A stretch of 25,669 bases of DNA from a virus (IMGVR_UViG_3300007541_000186:1-25669), one strand, 5' to 3'. Shown: positions 1 through 9,328, numbered from the stretch's first letter. Numbers and translations: made by a program. The notes: generated by a model from the sequence alone, not told the origin.

Positions 1-726
1 CTTCATAATGCCAAATATCGTTTTGGATTTACTGGAACACTGGATGGAAGTAAAACACATAAGTGGGTTCTTGAAGGATTATTTGGTTCTTGTGAAAAAG
101 TTACGAAAACAGATGATCTAATTAAAAAGGGTCACTTGTCTAATTTTCGTATCAAGATTCTTGTCTGTAAGCATGAGTATCAATACTTTGAAGATTATCA
201 TGCTGAAATGGAATACATTGTAAACAATCGTAAGAGAAATAATCTTATCAAAAATCTTGTTTGTGACATTGATGGTAATACATTAGTTTTGTTTAACTAT
301 GTTGAGAAGCATGGTATGCCATTGTTTGATTTAATAAATACTGCTGTAGGAGGAGACCGTAAAGTTTTCTTTGTTCATGGTTCAACTGATGTTGAAGATA
401 GAGAACAAGTTAGATCTATCACTGAAGAAGAAAATAATGCTGTAATTATTGCATCTTACGGAACCTTTAGCACTGGTATTAATATTAAGAAACTGCATAA
501 TATTATCTTTGCTTCACCATCTAAGTCCAGAGTAAGAAATCTACAATCTATTGGTAGAGTGTTACGTAAAGGAGAAGATAAAGATATTGCTACTCTTTAT
601 GATATCGCTGATGATATCTCTTCAAAATCAAGACAGAATTATACTTTAAACCATCTGGTAGAAAGAATTAAAATTTATGATGAAGAGAACTTTAAGTATG
701 AAACAATAAAAGTAGATTTAAGGTAA
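1..726 (+). CDS. uvsW: UvsW SF2 RNA-DNA/DNA helicase, 5'-truncated by the window edge
   Basis: Frame 1 is open from base 1 (LHNAKYRFGFTGTLDGSKTHKWVLEGLFG), so the track start at 136 is not the real start. SF2 motifs: TGT (III), SYGTFSTGINI (V), QSIGRVLR (VI). Position upstream of gp55 fits T4-like cyanophages. Confidence 0.95.
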   Translation, partial: LHNAKYRFGFTGTLDGSKTHKWVLEGLFGSCEKVTKTDDLIKKGHLSNFRIKILVCKHEYQYFEDYHAEMEYIVNNRKRNNLIKNLVCDIDGNTLVLFNYVEKHGMPLFDLINTAVGGDRKVFFVHGSTDVEDREQVRSITEEENNAVIIASYGTFSTGINIKKLHNIIFASPSKSRVRNLQSIGRVLRKGEDKDIATLYDIADDISSKSRQNYTLNHLVERIKIYDEENFKYETIKVDLR

Positions 727-728
727 AC

Positions 729-1124
729 ATGGAAGAAGAATTTTATTCAACTATTAAACTTACTTCTGGTGAAGAGATTATTGCTAAGGTATGTTATCTT
801 CCTGATGAAGATTCTTTATTATTAGAAAACCCTATGACAGTAGAAATTGTTAAAGGAAGATCTTCTCAGGAAGCATTCATATTAAAAGATTGGATTAAAT
901 CTAGTTATGATTCAATGTATATTATTAAAATGAATCAAGTGATTACTATGAGTGAATTAGATAAGAAGATAGAAGTATTTTATTTAAAGAATTTATCTGG
1001 AGAAGGATTCATAGATCCAGATACTGTTAATGTTAAACCTAATCAATTGAATAATAGAATGGGTTACTTAGGATCTGTAAAAGAAACTAAGAAGTTTCTA
1101 GAGGATATATTTAATAAAAGCTAA
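729..1124 (+). CDS. Conserved cyanophage protein, probable Sm-like fold
   Basis: 131 aa. IKLTSGEEIIAKV...LLLENPM...LKDWI...NQVITMSE has the same pattern as the three genes at 12468-13433. Confidence 0.7.
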   Translation: MEEEFYSTIKLTSGEEIIAKVCYLPDEDSLLLENPMTVEIVKGRSSQEAFILKDWIKSSYDSMYIIKMNQVITMSELDKKIEVFYLKNLSGEGFIDPDTVNVKPNQLNNRMGYLGSVKETKKFLEDIFNKS

Positions 1125-1178
1125 TCAGTATCTATAAGTAATTAATAGATATTATTAATCTTGAACCCTGACAGAGTT

Positions 1179-1207
1179 ATTCTACTGGGTTTTATGAGGT
1201 TTGTCAA
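1179..1207 (-). promoter_or_regulatory. Antisense sigma70-type promoter TTGACA-N17-TAGAAT
   Basis: Reverse complement of tgtcaa (1202-1207) is TTGACA; reverse complement of attcta (1179-1184) is TAGAAT; spacer is exactly 17 nt. Confidence 0.65.
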
Positions 1208-1212
1208 CCCCC

Positions 1213-1241
1213 TTGACAATACCCATCACCCGTGGTATGAT
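1213..1241 (+). promoter_or_regulatory. Sigma70-type promoter for gp55, TTGACA-N17-TATGAT with extended TG
   Basis: TTGACA 1213-1218, TG 1233-1234, TATGAT 1236-1241; gp55 ATG at 1276. Confidence 0.8.
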
Positions 1242-1275
1242 AGTTTCAACACAATACTTTGATAGATGATGGACT

Positions 1276-1770
1276 ATGGCGAAAGCAAAAAGCAAGGAGT
1301 TCTATGTAAACAATAAAGAATTCCTACAAGCACTGATTGAATACAGAACAAAGGTCAGACAGGCAAAGGAATCTGGATCTCCTCGTCCTATAGTCCCCAA
1401 CTACATTGGAGATTGTTTTCTTAAGATTGCTACACACTTATCTTATAAACCAAACTTTGTCAACTATATGTTCCGTGAGGACATGATCTGTGATGGGATT
1501 GAGAACTGCTTACAATACATCGATAATTTCGATCCAGAGAAATCACAAAACCCATTTGCATATTTTACTCAAATTATTTGGTATGCATTCTTAAGGAGAA
1601 TTCAAAAAGAAAAGAAACAACTTGAAATCAAGAATAAGATACTTGAACGTTCTGGTTACGATCAAGTCATGCACACAGATGATTATGGTTCTGATATGGC
1701 TGGTATGAATCATAATTATTCTGATATGGGTAGTATCAAAGAAAACATTGAAACAAGAATGAATCGATGA
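1276..1770 (+). CDS. gp55: Late-transcription sigma factor gp55
   Basis: YVNNKEFL...YIGDCFLKIATHLSYKPNFVNY..REDMICDGIENC..Y..NFDPEKS.NPFAYFTQI is the characteristic gp55 sequence; directly upstream of gp47/gp46. Confidence 0.96.
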   Translation: MAKAKSKEFYVNNKEFLQALIEYRTKVRQAKESGSPRPIVPNYIGDCFLKIATHLSYKPNFVNYMFREDMICDGIENCLQYIDNFDPEKSQNPFAYFTQIIWYAFLRRIQKEKKQLEIKNKILERSGYDQVMHTDDYGSDMAGMNHNYSDMGSIKENIETRMNR

Positions 1771-2810
1771 CAGTAGCACTTATCACTGATCAACATCTTG
1801 ATGGCAGAAAAGGAAGCATTGCTTTCTGGGAATATTTTAATAGATTTTATGATGAGGTATTTTTTCCGACACTTAAGGAACGAGGGATATCAACAGTTAT
1901 CGACCTCGGAGATACGTTCGATAATCGTAAGAACATTGATTATAATGTTTGGGCTCGCATTCGCAGGAGTTACTTTGATCGTCTCCATGATGCTGGTATT
2001 TTCGTTCATATGATTCTTGGTAATCATTGTGTTTATTACAAGAACACGAATGAAGTTAATGCACCAGATCTTCTTCTTGATACTTACGACAATATTGAGA
2101 TTTATTCTCAACCAGAGACAGTAATGATTGAAGGCACCAAAATTCTTATGCTTCCTTGGATCAATTCTCAAAACTATGATGAGACCATGGCACACATTAA
2201 AGATACTGGTGCTAAGATTGCCATGGGACATCTTGAACTGAATGGGTTTGAGGTTACTCCTGGTATGCTTCATGAAGGTGGTATGGATCCAGACATTTTC
2301 TTTAAATTCAAGCAAGTGTTTTCTGGGCACTTCCATCACAAGTCAAGTCGTGGTAACATCACATACCTTGGTAATCCTTACCAGATGTTCTGGAATGATT
2401 ACAAGGATCCACGAGGATTTCATCTTTACGAACCAAAGTCAAATAAACTACAGTTCATCAAAAACCCATTTGAAATCTTCAAGAAAATCTATTACGATGA
2501 CTCGCAACCACAAGAAATTAATCCAGAAGAATATGCCAACACCTATGTAAAAGTTGTTGTTGAAAACAAAACCGACTTCTTCAAGTTTGAAAAGCTAATC
2601 GAATCTTTATACAACGCAAACGTCCTCGATCTTAAGATCATCGAAACAATGGTTGAAAAAGATAAGAAAGATGTAGACATCAATCTTGAGATCACTGACA
2701 CACTTTCTCTTCTTAATGAATACATTGATGAGGTAGAGATGTCCGTAAATAAAAATGAACTTAAGTCAATTATGAGATCACTATATATTGAAAGTTGTGA
2801 AGTAGTATGA
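1767..2810 (+). CDS. gp47: Recombination endonuclease subunit gp47 (Mre11/SbcD-like)
   Basis: Metallophosphoesterase motifs TDQH, DLGDTFD, LGNH, GHLE, SGHFH; ATGA overlap with gp55. Confidence 0.96.
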   Translation: MTVALITDQHLDGRKGSIAFWEYFNRFYDEVFFPTLKERGISTVIDLGDTFDNRKNIDYNVWARIRRSYFDRLHDAGIFVHMILGNHCVYYKNTNEVNAPDLLLDTYDNIEIYSQPETVMIEGTKILMLPWINSQNYDETMAHIKDTGAKIAMGHLELNGFEVTPGMLHEGGMDPDIFFKFKQVFSGHFHHKSSRGNITYLGNPYQMFWNDYKDPRGFHLYEPKSNKLQFIKNPFEIFKKIYYDDSQPQEINPEEYANTYVKVVVENKTDFFKFEKLIESLYNANVLDLKIIETMVEKDKKDVDINLEITDTLSLLNEYIDEVEMSVNKNELKSIMRSLYIESCEVV

Positions 2811-3073
2811 TGTTTATTCTCACACTCAAAGATAAACCAGACGGCGTTTTTTCTATACTAAGCGACGAAGGTGAACAAATCATTCCTATCTTTGAGTGTG
2901 AAGACGATGCTGATCGCTACCATTCTCAGCTAGAAATGATTGACGATTATCCAGAGATGCAGATCTTTGAAATTGAAGAAGAGTTAATTGTTAATGCTTG
3001 CGAAGAACGTGACCAAAAATATGCTATAATCACAATAGATGATTTTATGATCCCTCCTAAAGAATTACGATGA
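2807..3073 (+). CDS. Small acidic hypothetical protein between gp47 and gp46
   Basis: 88 aa with ATGA overlaps on both sides (FECEDDADRY...ITIDDFMIPP), consistent with translational coupling. Confidence 0.8.
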   Translation: MMFILTLKDKPDGVFSILSDEGEQIIPIFECEDDADRYHSQLEMIDDYPEMQIFEIEEELIVNACEERDQKYAIITIDDFMIPPKELR

Positions 3074-4809
3074 TTACATTTAATAAAATTCGATGGAAGA
3101 ACTTCCTTTCAACAGGAAACGTTTTCACCGAAATTGACTTGACTAAAAACAAAACGAATTTAATCGTTGGTAAAAACGGAGCAGGTAAGTCAACCATCTT
3201 AGATGCGTTGACTTTTTCACTCTTCGGTAAACCATATAGGAAGATTAATAAACCGATGCTGGTCAATAGCATCAACACATCAGATTGCATTACCGAAACT
3301 GAATTTGATATCGGCAACAATAGTTATAAAATTGTTCGTGGTATTAAACCAGCAGTGTTTGAGATTTGGCAGAATGGTGTTCTTTTAGATCAAAATGCAT
3401 CTGCTATTGATCAGCAGAAACAGTTGGAGCAGAACATTCTCAAGATGAATTACAAATCTTTCACCCAGATTGTAGTTCTTGGTTCTTCAAACTTTGTTCC
3501 TTTCATGAGACTGCCTGTTGCATCACGAAGAGAAATCATTGAAGACATTCTTGACATCCAGATATTTTCTGTGATGAATTTAAACCTAAAAGAAAAACTT
3601 AAGTTTGCTAACGATGATATCAAAGAACGTGACTATCAACTTGACATGCTTTCGGAAAAGATTGAAATGCAGAAAGCGTTCATCAGTGATATTGAAAAGA
3701 AAACTGAATCTGAAATAGACAGTAGAAAAGATAAGATCGATGAGTTTCGTATCGAACAGCAGTCACATGACTCATTAATTGTAGATTTTACTGATAAGAT
3801 TACTAATCTTATGGATCAATCTAAAAGTCATGAAGGTGCTGATGCTAAACTTAAAAAGCTCACTACTTTGAAAGGAAAGATTCAGCAGAAGTTTAGTAGC
3901 TACCAGAAAGAACATCAATTCTTTAGTGACAACGAAAGCTGTCCTACATGTGGTCAGCATATCGATGATGATCTAAAACAAGATCGACTCGATAAAATCA
4001 TGGGTTCTATTACTGAACTCAATAAAGGATTTGATGAGATTAAACAAACAATTGAAGAAGAAGAGAATCGCCACAAAGAGTTCATTAACATACAATCCGA
4101 AATCAATGATTACAATTCTAAGATTCATTTCGCTCGCACTACAAATGATAGAATTGAAAAACAGATCAAGCAACTCCAGCAGGAGATCCAGAACCTCAAG
4201 AACCAAACGGGATCGGAAGGTGAAGCGTATGCAAAGCTTGACGAGTATGAACAGGAGCAGGCAAATCTAAAGAAACAATTAAGTATTGTTAAGGAAGAAC
4301 GTGAATGTTTACAAACTGCTGCTATATTGTTAAAAGATAATGGTATCAAAACCAGAATCATTAAACGGTATCTTCCTGTTATGAATAAGCTCGTTAATGA
4401 GTATCTTCAAAACATGGACTTCTATGTGAACTTTACTCTCGATGAAAATTTTGAGGAAACAATTAAATCAAGACATAGAGACATCTTCTCTTACGAATCA
4501 TTCTCGGAGGGAGAGAAAGCTCGTATTGATATTTCTCTTCTGCTTACTTGGAGAGCTGTTGCTAAACTTAAAAATAGCGTTGACACTAACCTCCTTATCC
4601 TCGATGAAATCTTTGATGGATCTCTAGACACGAGTGGTAGTAGTGAGCTTGGATGGATCTTAAGAAACTTCGATAAGAATACAAACGTATTTGTTATCAG
4701 CCACAAGGAAGGAATGGAAGATAAATTCGATTCCACCTGGCATTGTGAAAAAGTTAAGAACTTCAGTTACGTCAAGGAGACGACTTTTGAAGTGGCACAG
4801 GAGGGGTGA
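3070..4809 (+). CDS. gp46: Recombination ATPase subunit gp46 (Rad50/SbcC-like)
   Basis: Walker A GKNGAGKS, zinc hook CPTC inside long coiled coils, signature FSEGE, Walker B LILDEIFD, H-loop VISH. Confidence 0.97.
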   Translation: MITFNKIRWKNFLSTGNVFTEIDLTKNKTNLIVGKNGAGKSTILDALTFSLFGKPYRKINKPMLVNSINTSDCITETEFDIGNNSYKIVRGIKPAVFEIWQNGVLLDQNASAIDQQKQLEQNILKMNYKSFTQIVVLGSSNFVPFMRLPVASRREIIEDILDIQIFSVMNLNLKEKLKFANDDIKERDYQLDMLSEKIEMQKAFISDIEKKTESEIDSRKDKIDEFRIEQQSHDSLIVDFTDKITNLMDQSKSHEGADAKLKKLTTLKGKIQQKFSSYQKEHQFFSDNESCPTCGQHIDDDLKQDRLDKIMGSITELNKGFDEIKQTIEEEENRHKEFINIQSEINDYNSKIHFARTTNDRIEKQIKQLQQEIQNLKNQTGSEGEAYAKLDEYEQEQANLKKQLSIVKEERECLQTAAILLKDNGIKTRIIKRYLPVMNKLVNEYLQNMDFYVNFTLDENFEETIKSRHRDIFSYESFSEGEKARIDISLLLTWRAVAKLKNSVDTNLLILDEIFDGSLDTSGSSELGWILRNFDKNTNVFVISHKEGMEDKFDSTWHCEKVKNFSYVKETTFEVAQEG

Positions 4810-4837
4810 CACCCTCCTTTTTTATGGTCTATACTAA
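4779..4837 (+). promoter_or_regulatory. Putative early promoter: upstream imperfect palindrome (gacgactt-ttg-aagtggcac) plus -10 TATACT
   Basis: TATACT 4830-4835 lies 30 nt downstream of AAGTGGCACA (4790-4799), the same layout as 7009-7068. No clear -35 here. Confidence 0.55.
4799..4823 (+). terminator. Intrinsic terminator after gp46
   Basis: Stem-loop aggaggg-gtgaca-ccctcct followed by a T run ending at 4823. Confidence 0.75.
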
Positions 4838-4857
4838 CTTCAGTTCAGACAAAACCA

Positions 4858-7019
4858 ATGCCCATCAACCACGAAGTTAAAGGCAACCTCGCCAAACTGC
4901 TTGCAGCTGAGAACCTTGTGATTGAGCACAAGAAGGTGGCTACTGCATCTTTTGATGTGGTCAATCGTGTGCTGGTGCTCCCTATCTGGGATCGTGCTTC
5001 CAGCACTGTGTATGACCTTCTGGTTGGTCATGAAGTTGGACACGCACTCTACACCCAGCAGATGATTGGCGTGAGTGTCTCACTCAACCAATCCCACCTG
5101 ATTACGTCAACGTGATTGAGGATGCTCGTATCGAAAAACTGATGAAACGTAAGTTTCCTGGTCTTGCTCGTAGTTTTTATAATGGTTATCAGGAACTGAA
5201 TAGTTCTGATTTCTTTTCTATTGCAGACGAAGATCTTTCTGTGATGTCTCTTATTGATCGTATCAACCTTCACTTTAAGGTTGGTCCTTTTGCACTGGTT
5301 CCTTTTTCTGAAGATGAGAAGCAGTTTGTAGAGATGACTGAAGAAGCAGAAACTTTTGCAGATGTCTTGATGATCTGTGAGCAAATTGTATCTTTCCTTA
5401 AGGACAAATATAAAGAAGAGAAGCAGGAAGTTTCTGTTGACCGTGAAGAAATTATGCAGGGTCAGGGTGGACAATCTATGTCTGTAGATATGGATAGTGA
5501 TGAATCTTCAGAAGAACCTTCGGAAAATCAAAAGAAAGAAGAAGGTGATAGTCAAATTGAACCTGAGGAAGATATGACTACTGGCAAACAAGCTGGCGGT
5601 CCTTCTGATGAAGAGGTTTCTAAAACTCAGCGATCGTTTGATTCTGAGCTGGAATCTCTTACTGATAAAAATTCTCATGGTCACGAAACTGATTATGTAG
5701 AACTGCCTAAGTTTGATATCGATAAGATTATTGCTGATAATACTCTGCTTCGTAATTATCTTAATGAACAGTTCACTTCTCAACAATCTCAATCTGGTCT
5801 TGAAGTATTCCAAGAAGTAGATACAAACTATCGTAATTACAAAAAAGAATCTGCTAAGGAAGTAAACTACCTTGTCAAGGAGTTTGAGTGTAAGAAATCT
5901 GCTGATGCTTATGCTCGTGCTTCCACTGCTCGCACTGGTGTTCTTGATACCAAGATGCTTCATACTTATAAGTATAACGAAGATCTCTTTAAGAAAGTTT
6001 CTGTCATTCCAGATGGTAAGAATCATGGTCTGATCTTTATTCTTGATTGGTCTGGATCTATGAGCGACTATCTTCTAGATACTGTCAAGCAACTGTTGAA
6101 CCTTGTTTGGTTCTGCCGTAAGGTTCAGATTCCTTTTGAGGTGTATGCATTTACTTACGAGTGGAACGATCGTTATGCTGATCCTGAAGCAGAATGGGAT
6201 CGTGAAATCTGTGAAAAGAAAGATGGTCAAATCCTTATCCACAGTCGGTTCTCTTTGATGAATATGCTGACATCAAAAACTAACACTAAAGATTTTGAGA
6301 ATGATTGCATCAATCTTTGGCGTCTTGCTGTTCGTCAAGATCGTAAGAGCTACTGCCGTTACAGCTGCCCAGGTGGTATGGATTTGAGTGGCACTCCTCT
6401 CAACGAAAGCATTATTGCTCTTCATAAAATTATCCCTCAGTTCAAAGACAACAACAAACTACAAAAAGTTAACGTTGTGATTCTTACTGATGGTGATGGA
6501 AATGGTCTGCAGTATAGCGTCGATGTTCGTCGTAAGTATGGTCGTGATGTAGATTATCTTGGTCGTAACACTATCAATGATTTCAATGCTCTTCGTGATC
6601 GTAAAACTGGTCACGTCTATCGAAACTTCGATAATGGTCACAAGAATGGTTTGACTACTATTCTCCTTGAAAATCTCAAGCATAATTTTCCCTTCGTAAA
6701 TCTGATTGGATTCCGAATCCTTTCTGGTTCTGAGTTCAGTTATTTGTTCAGGGGTATTAATGAGATTTTTAGGAATCCTGATGATCCTAAAATTTCTTCT
6801 GCATTTAAAGTGTGGCGTAAAGAGCACTCGTATGAATTCAATGACATTGGATATGATGCTCTCTATGCTATTGCTTCAAACAAACTGAACCAAGACACCA
6901 CCTTTACTGTCACAGAGGATGCCAGCGACGTTCAGATTGCCAAGGCATTCCGTGATATGATGAAAACCAAGCGAACCAGCAAGAAGATCCTTTCTTCGTT
7001 CGCTACCCTGGTCAGCTGA
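4858..7019 (+). pseudogene. HEXXH metallopeptidase-like + VWA (CobT-like) protein, interrupted by a 1-nt frameshift near 5054-5056 (track ORFs 4858..5115 and 5112..7019)
   Basis: First ORF has LLVGHEVGHALYT. The -1 frame continues PADDWRECLTQPIPPDYVNVIEDARIEKLMKRKFPG. C-terminal VWA MIDAS motifs: ILDWSGSM, SGTPLNE, ILTDGDG. Adding one C to CCC 5054-5056 gives a single 720-aa ORF. May be a sequencing error rather than a true pseudogene. Confidence 0.8.
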
Positions 7020-7068
7020 GCAGCTGTCCACCACGATTTGACGGGAGAGAGATTCTCCCCTATACTAA
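7009..7068 (+). promoter_or_regulatory. Sigma70-type early promoter TTGACG-N17-TATACT with upstream palindrome ggtcagct-gagc-agctgtcc
   Basis: TTGACG 7038-7043 and TATACT 7061-7066, 17-nt spacer; an inverted repeat with one mismatch overlaps the stop codon of the VWA gene. Confidence 0.75.
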
Positions 7069-7097
7069 GTACATTCCAATCAACGGAGCTTTTTGTT

Positions 7098-8201
7098 ATG
7101 CCTCGCATGTCCCAGATCAACATGAACGAACTGACTGCTTTTATTGCAGATAACTTCGGTAATGATTTTGGCACCAATGCCGTGTATGCTGCAGCAGATC
7201 ATTTTGATGTTTCTCACCCCACTATCGCCAAGCGACTTGAGCAATACAAAGTTGGTCATGGTCGTTGGTCGCTGACTGCAGATCAATTGGAAAAAACCTA
7301 CAATGCTCCTGCTGCAGAACCTGCAGTTGAGGTTGCAGAAAAAGTAAACCTTATCCCCGAAAAAGATGATAGCTTCGTCAGCTTTGGTAACTTTGGTGAC
7401 GTTAAGAAAATTATTTCTTCTGGCGTTTTCTATCCTGTGTTTATCACTGGTATGTCTGGTAACGGTAAAACTTTCAGTGTGGAGCAAGCTTGTGCTCAAC
7501 TGAAGCGTGAGTTGATTCGTGTAAACATTACAATTGAAACTGATGAAGATGACCTTATCGGTGGTTTTAGGCTTGTTGATGGGAACACTGCATGGCATAA
7601 CGGTCCCGTCATCGAAGCACTTGAGCGAGGAGCAGTCCTTCTCCTTGACGAGATCGATCTGGCTTCCAACAAAATCCTTTGCCTTCAGTCAATTCTAGAA
7701 GGTAAGGGTGTGTTCCTCAAGAAAACTGGTCGTTATGTAAAGCCTGCTCGTGGTTTTACTATCGTTGCCACTGCTAACACCAAAGGTAAGGGTTCTGATG
7801 ACGGTCGCTTCATTGGCACTAATGTTTTGAACGAGGCATTCCTTGAGCGTTTCGCTCTCACCTTTGAGCAGGACTATCCCACTCCCAAGATCGAGCAGAA
7901 GATTCTTGAGAAGCTGTCTGCAAAGCTTGGTGTTCTTGACGAAGAGTTTTGCTACAAGCTTGCTTTCTGGGCAGAGCAAATTCGTAAGACCTTTAAGGAG
8001 GGTGGCGTCGATGAAATTATTTCCACTCGTCGTCTGACACACATCATTCGTGCTTATAGCATCTTCAACAAGCGTAAGAAAGCAATTGAAGTTTGTGTAA
8101 ATCGTTTTGACGATGAGACCAAGCAAAATTTTCTTTCTCTTTATAATGCTGTTGATGAAAAGGTGGAAACTACAAATGAAGATGAAGAAGCACCTTTCTG
8201 A
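7098..8201 (+). CDS. cobS: MoxR/CobS-like AAA+ ATPase
   Basis: Walker A GMSGNGKT, DEDDLIGG, Walker B LLLDEID, TANTKGKG, NEAFLERF, sensor II ISTRRL. Start moved from 7038 (which is the -35 box) to ATG 7098, with GGAG at 7085-7088. 'cobS' is the customary cyanophage label and is not evidence of cobalamin synthesis. Confidence 0.92.
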   Translation: MPRMSQINMNELTAFIADNFGNDFGTNAVYAAADHFDVSHPTIAKRLEQYKVGHGRWSLTADQLEKTYNAPAAEPAVEVAEKVNLIPEKDDSFVSFGNFGDVKKIISSGVFYPVFITGMSGNGKTFSVEQACAQLKRELIRVNITIETDEDDLIGGFRLVDGNTAWHNGPVIEALERGAVLLLDEIDLASNKILCLQSILEGKGVFLKKTGRYVKPARGFTIVATANTKGKGSDDGRFIGTNVLNEAFLERFALTFEQDYPTPKIEQKILEKLSAKLGVLDEEFCYKLAFWAEQIRKTFKEGGVDEIISTRRLTHIIRAYSIFNKRKKAIEVCVNRFDDETKQNFLSLYNAVDEKVETTNEDEEAPF

Positions 8202-8355
8202 GTTTCACGGGTATGTTGGTAATCTCGCCGTTCTTGTGAGTGGCGAGACCGTGAAGATTCTCGGTGGGCATCACCTTAAACTGTTTGTTAAAACACTTGA
8301 CGGCACGATCAAAGAGTGCTATCATAGTGATCTGTCTTATGTATTGGAGGAATGA
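8176..8355 (+). CDS. Small hypothetical protein (start 8176 or 8182)
   Basis: MKMKKHLSEFHGYVGNLAVLVSGETVKILGGHHLKLFVKTLDGTIKECYHSDLSYVLEE fills the gap and ends in an ATGA overlap with the next gene. Confidence 0.6.
   Translation: MKMKKHLSEFHGYVGNLAVLVSGETVKILGGHHLKLFVKTLDGTIKECYHSDLSYVLEE
8297..8325 (+). promoter_or_regulatory. Sigma70-type promoter TTGACG-N17-TATCAT with extended TG
   Basis: TTGACG 8297-8302, TG 8317-8318, TATCAT 8320-8325; upstream of the 8352/gp45/gp44 run. Confidence 0.65.
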
Positions 8356-8666
8356 TTATGCAATGGAAATACAATGAGGATAAAATCCTCAAGGACATTG
8401 AAGAGTATGTGATCGGAACCTATCATGGTCACTACTGCGGTGATGAAGATGGTTACAACGACATCCAAACAATTGATCTAATGGCAGCAAAGAAGCTTGC
8501 GTCTGCCTTTTGTCAAGCAAACATCCTCAAGTATGGCAGCCGATATGGCGACAAGGATGGGCTTAACAAGCGAGACCTTCTCAAAGTCATTCATTACGCC
8601 ATGCTGCTGCTTCACTTTGACAACCACTATACTCGCACTCAAAACGGTCTGCAGGAATTTAAATGA
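8352..8666 (+). CDS. Conserved phage protein, DUF3310-like
   Basis: HY...IQTIDLM...FCQANILKYGSRYGDKDG..KRDLLKVIHYAML resembles the DUF3310 (T7 gp1.7-like) pattern; SD GGAGG upstream. Confidence 0.7.
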   Translation: MIMQWKYNEDKILKDIEEYVIGTYHGHYCGDEDGYNDIQTIDLMAAKKLASAFCQANILKYGSRYGDKDGLNKRDLLKVIHYAMLLLHFDNHYTRTQNGLQEFK

Positions 8667-9328
8667 GTAACGTAACTATTTCTCCTCAAACCATGATGGT
8701 GCTAAAGAACTTCTCCACCATCAACGGTTCTATTTTGATTCGGGAAGGCAACCAGCTAAAGACAATCAGTGTAGGTGAGAACGCTGTTGCACAATATACT
8801 TGTGCAGAAACCTTCCCCCAAACTTTCGGTATCTATGATCTGAACCAGTTCCTTGCTGGTCTATCTCTTTTTGACAACGCAGTTCTGGATTTTGATAATG
8901 CAGAATATGTAACCATTCGGGGTGGTGGTCGTAGTGCCAAATATTACTTCTCCAGTCCTGAGATCACACTCAAAGCAGCACCAGAAAAAAACATTAACTT
9001 CCCTGGTGCTGACATGGAGTTCTCGATTAGTCAGGAAGACATTACTGCACTACACAAAGCAAGTGCAGTGTATAGCATTGCTGATCTTAAGTTTCATTCT
9101 GTTGGAGGATCTGTTGTCCTCAGCCTTGTAGATAAAGAAAATGAAACCAGTAATGTATTCTCACTTGAGCTGCCTGGAGATAACACTGGAGAGTATGAGT
9201 TTTTCATGAAGATGGAAAACATCCGACTGCTCCCTGGAAACTATCGTGTTAAAATTTCTAAGCATTTGATTACAGAGTGGAAGCATTCTGCTCTTGACCT
9301 TACTTATTATATTGCTCTCGAACCTTGA
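8663..9328 (+). CDS. gp45: Sliding clamp gp45
   Basis: LKNFSTINGSI...FGIYDLNQFL...NIRLLPGNYRV...YYIALE; directly upstream of gp44. Confidence 0.95.
   Translation: MSNVTISPQTMMVLKNFSTINGSILIREGNQLKTISVGENAVAQYTCAETFPQTFGIYDLNQFLAGLSLFDNAVLDFDNAEYVTIRGGGRSAKYYFSSPEITLKAAPEKNINFPGADMEFSISQEDITALHKASAVYSIADLKFHSVGGSVVLSLVDKENETSNVFSLELPGDNTGEYEFFMKMENIRLLPGNYRVKISKHLITEWKHSALDLTYYIALEP

Noticed and set aside
7038-7097. Track start of the AAA+ gene at TTG 7038
   Set aside because: This TTG is the -35 box of the promoter; the SD-supported ATG is at 7098.
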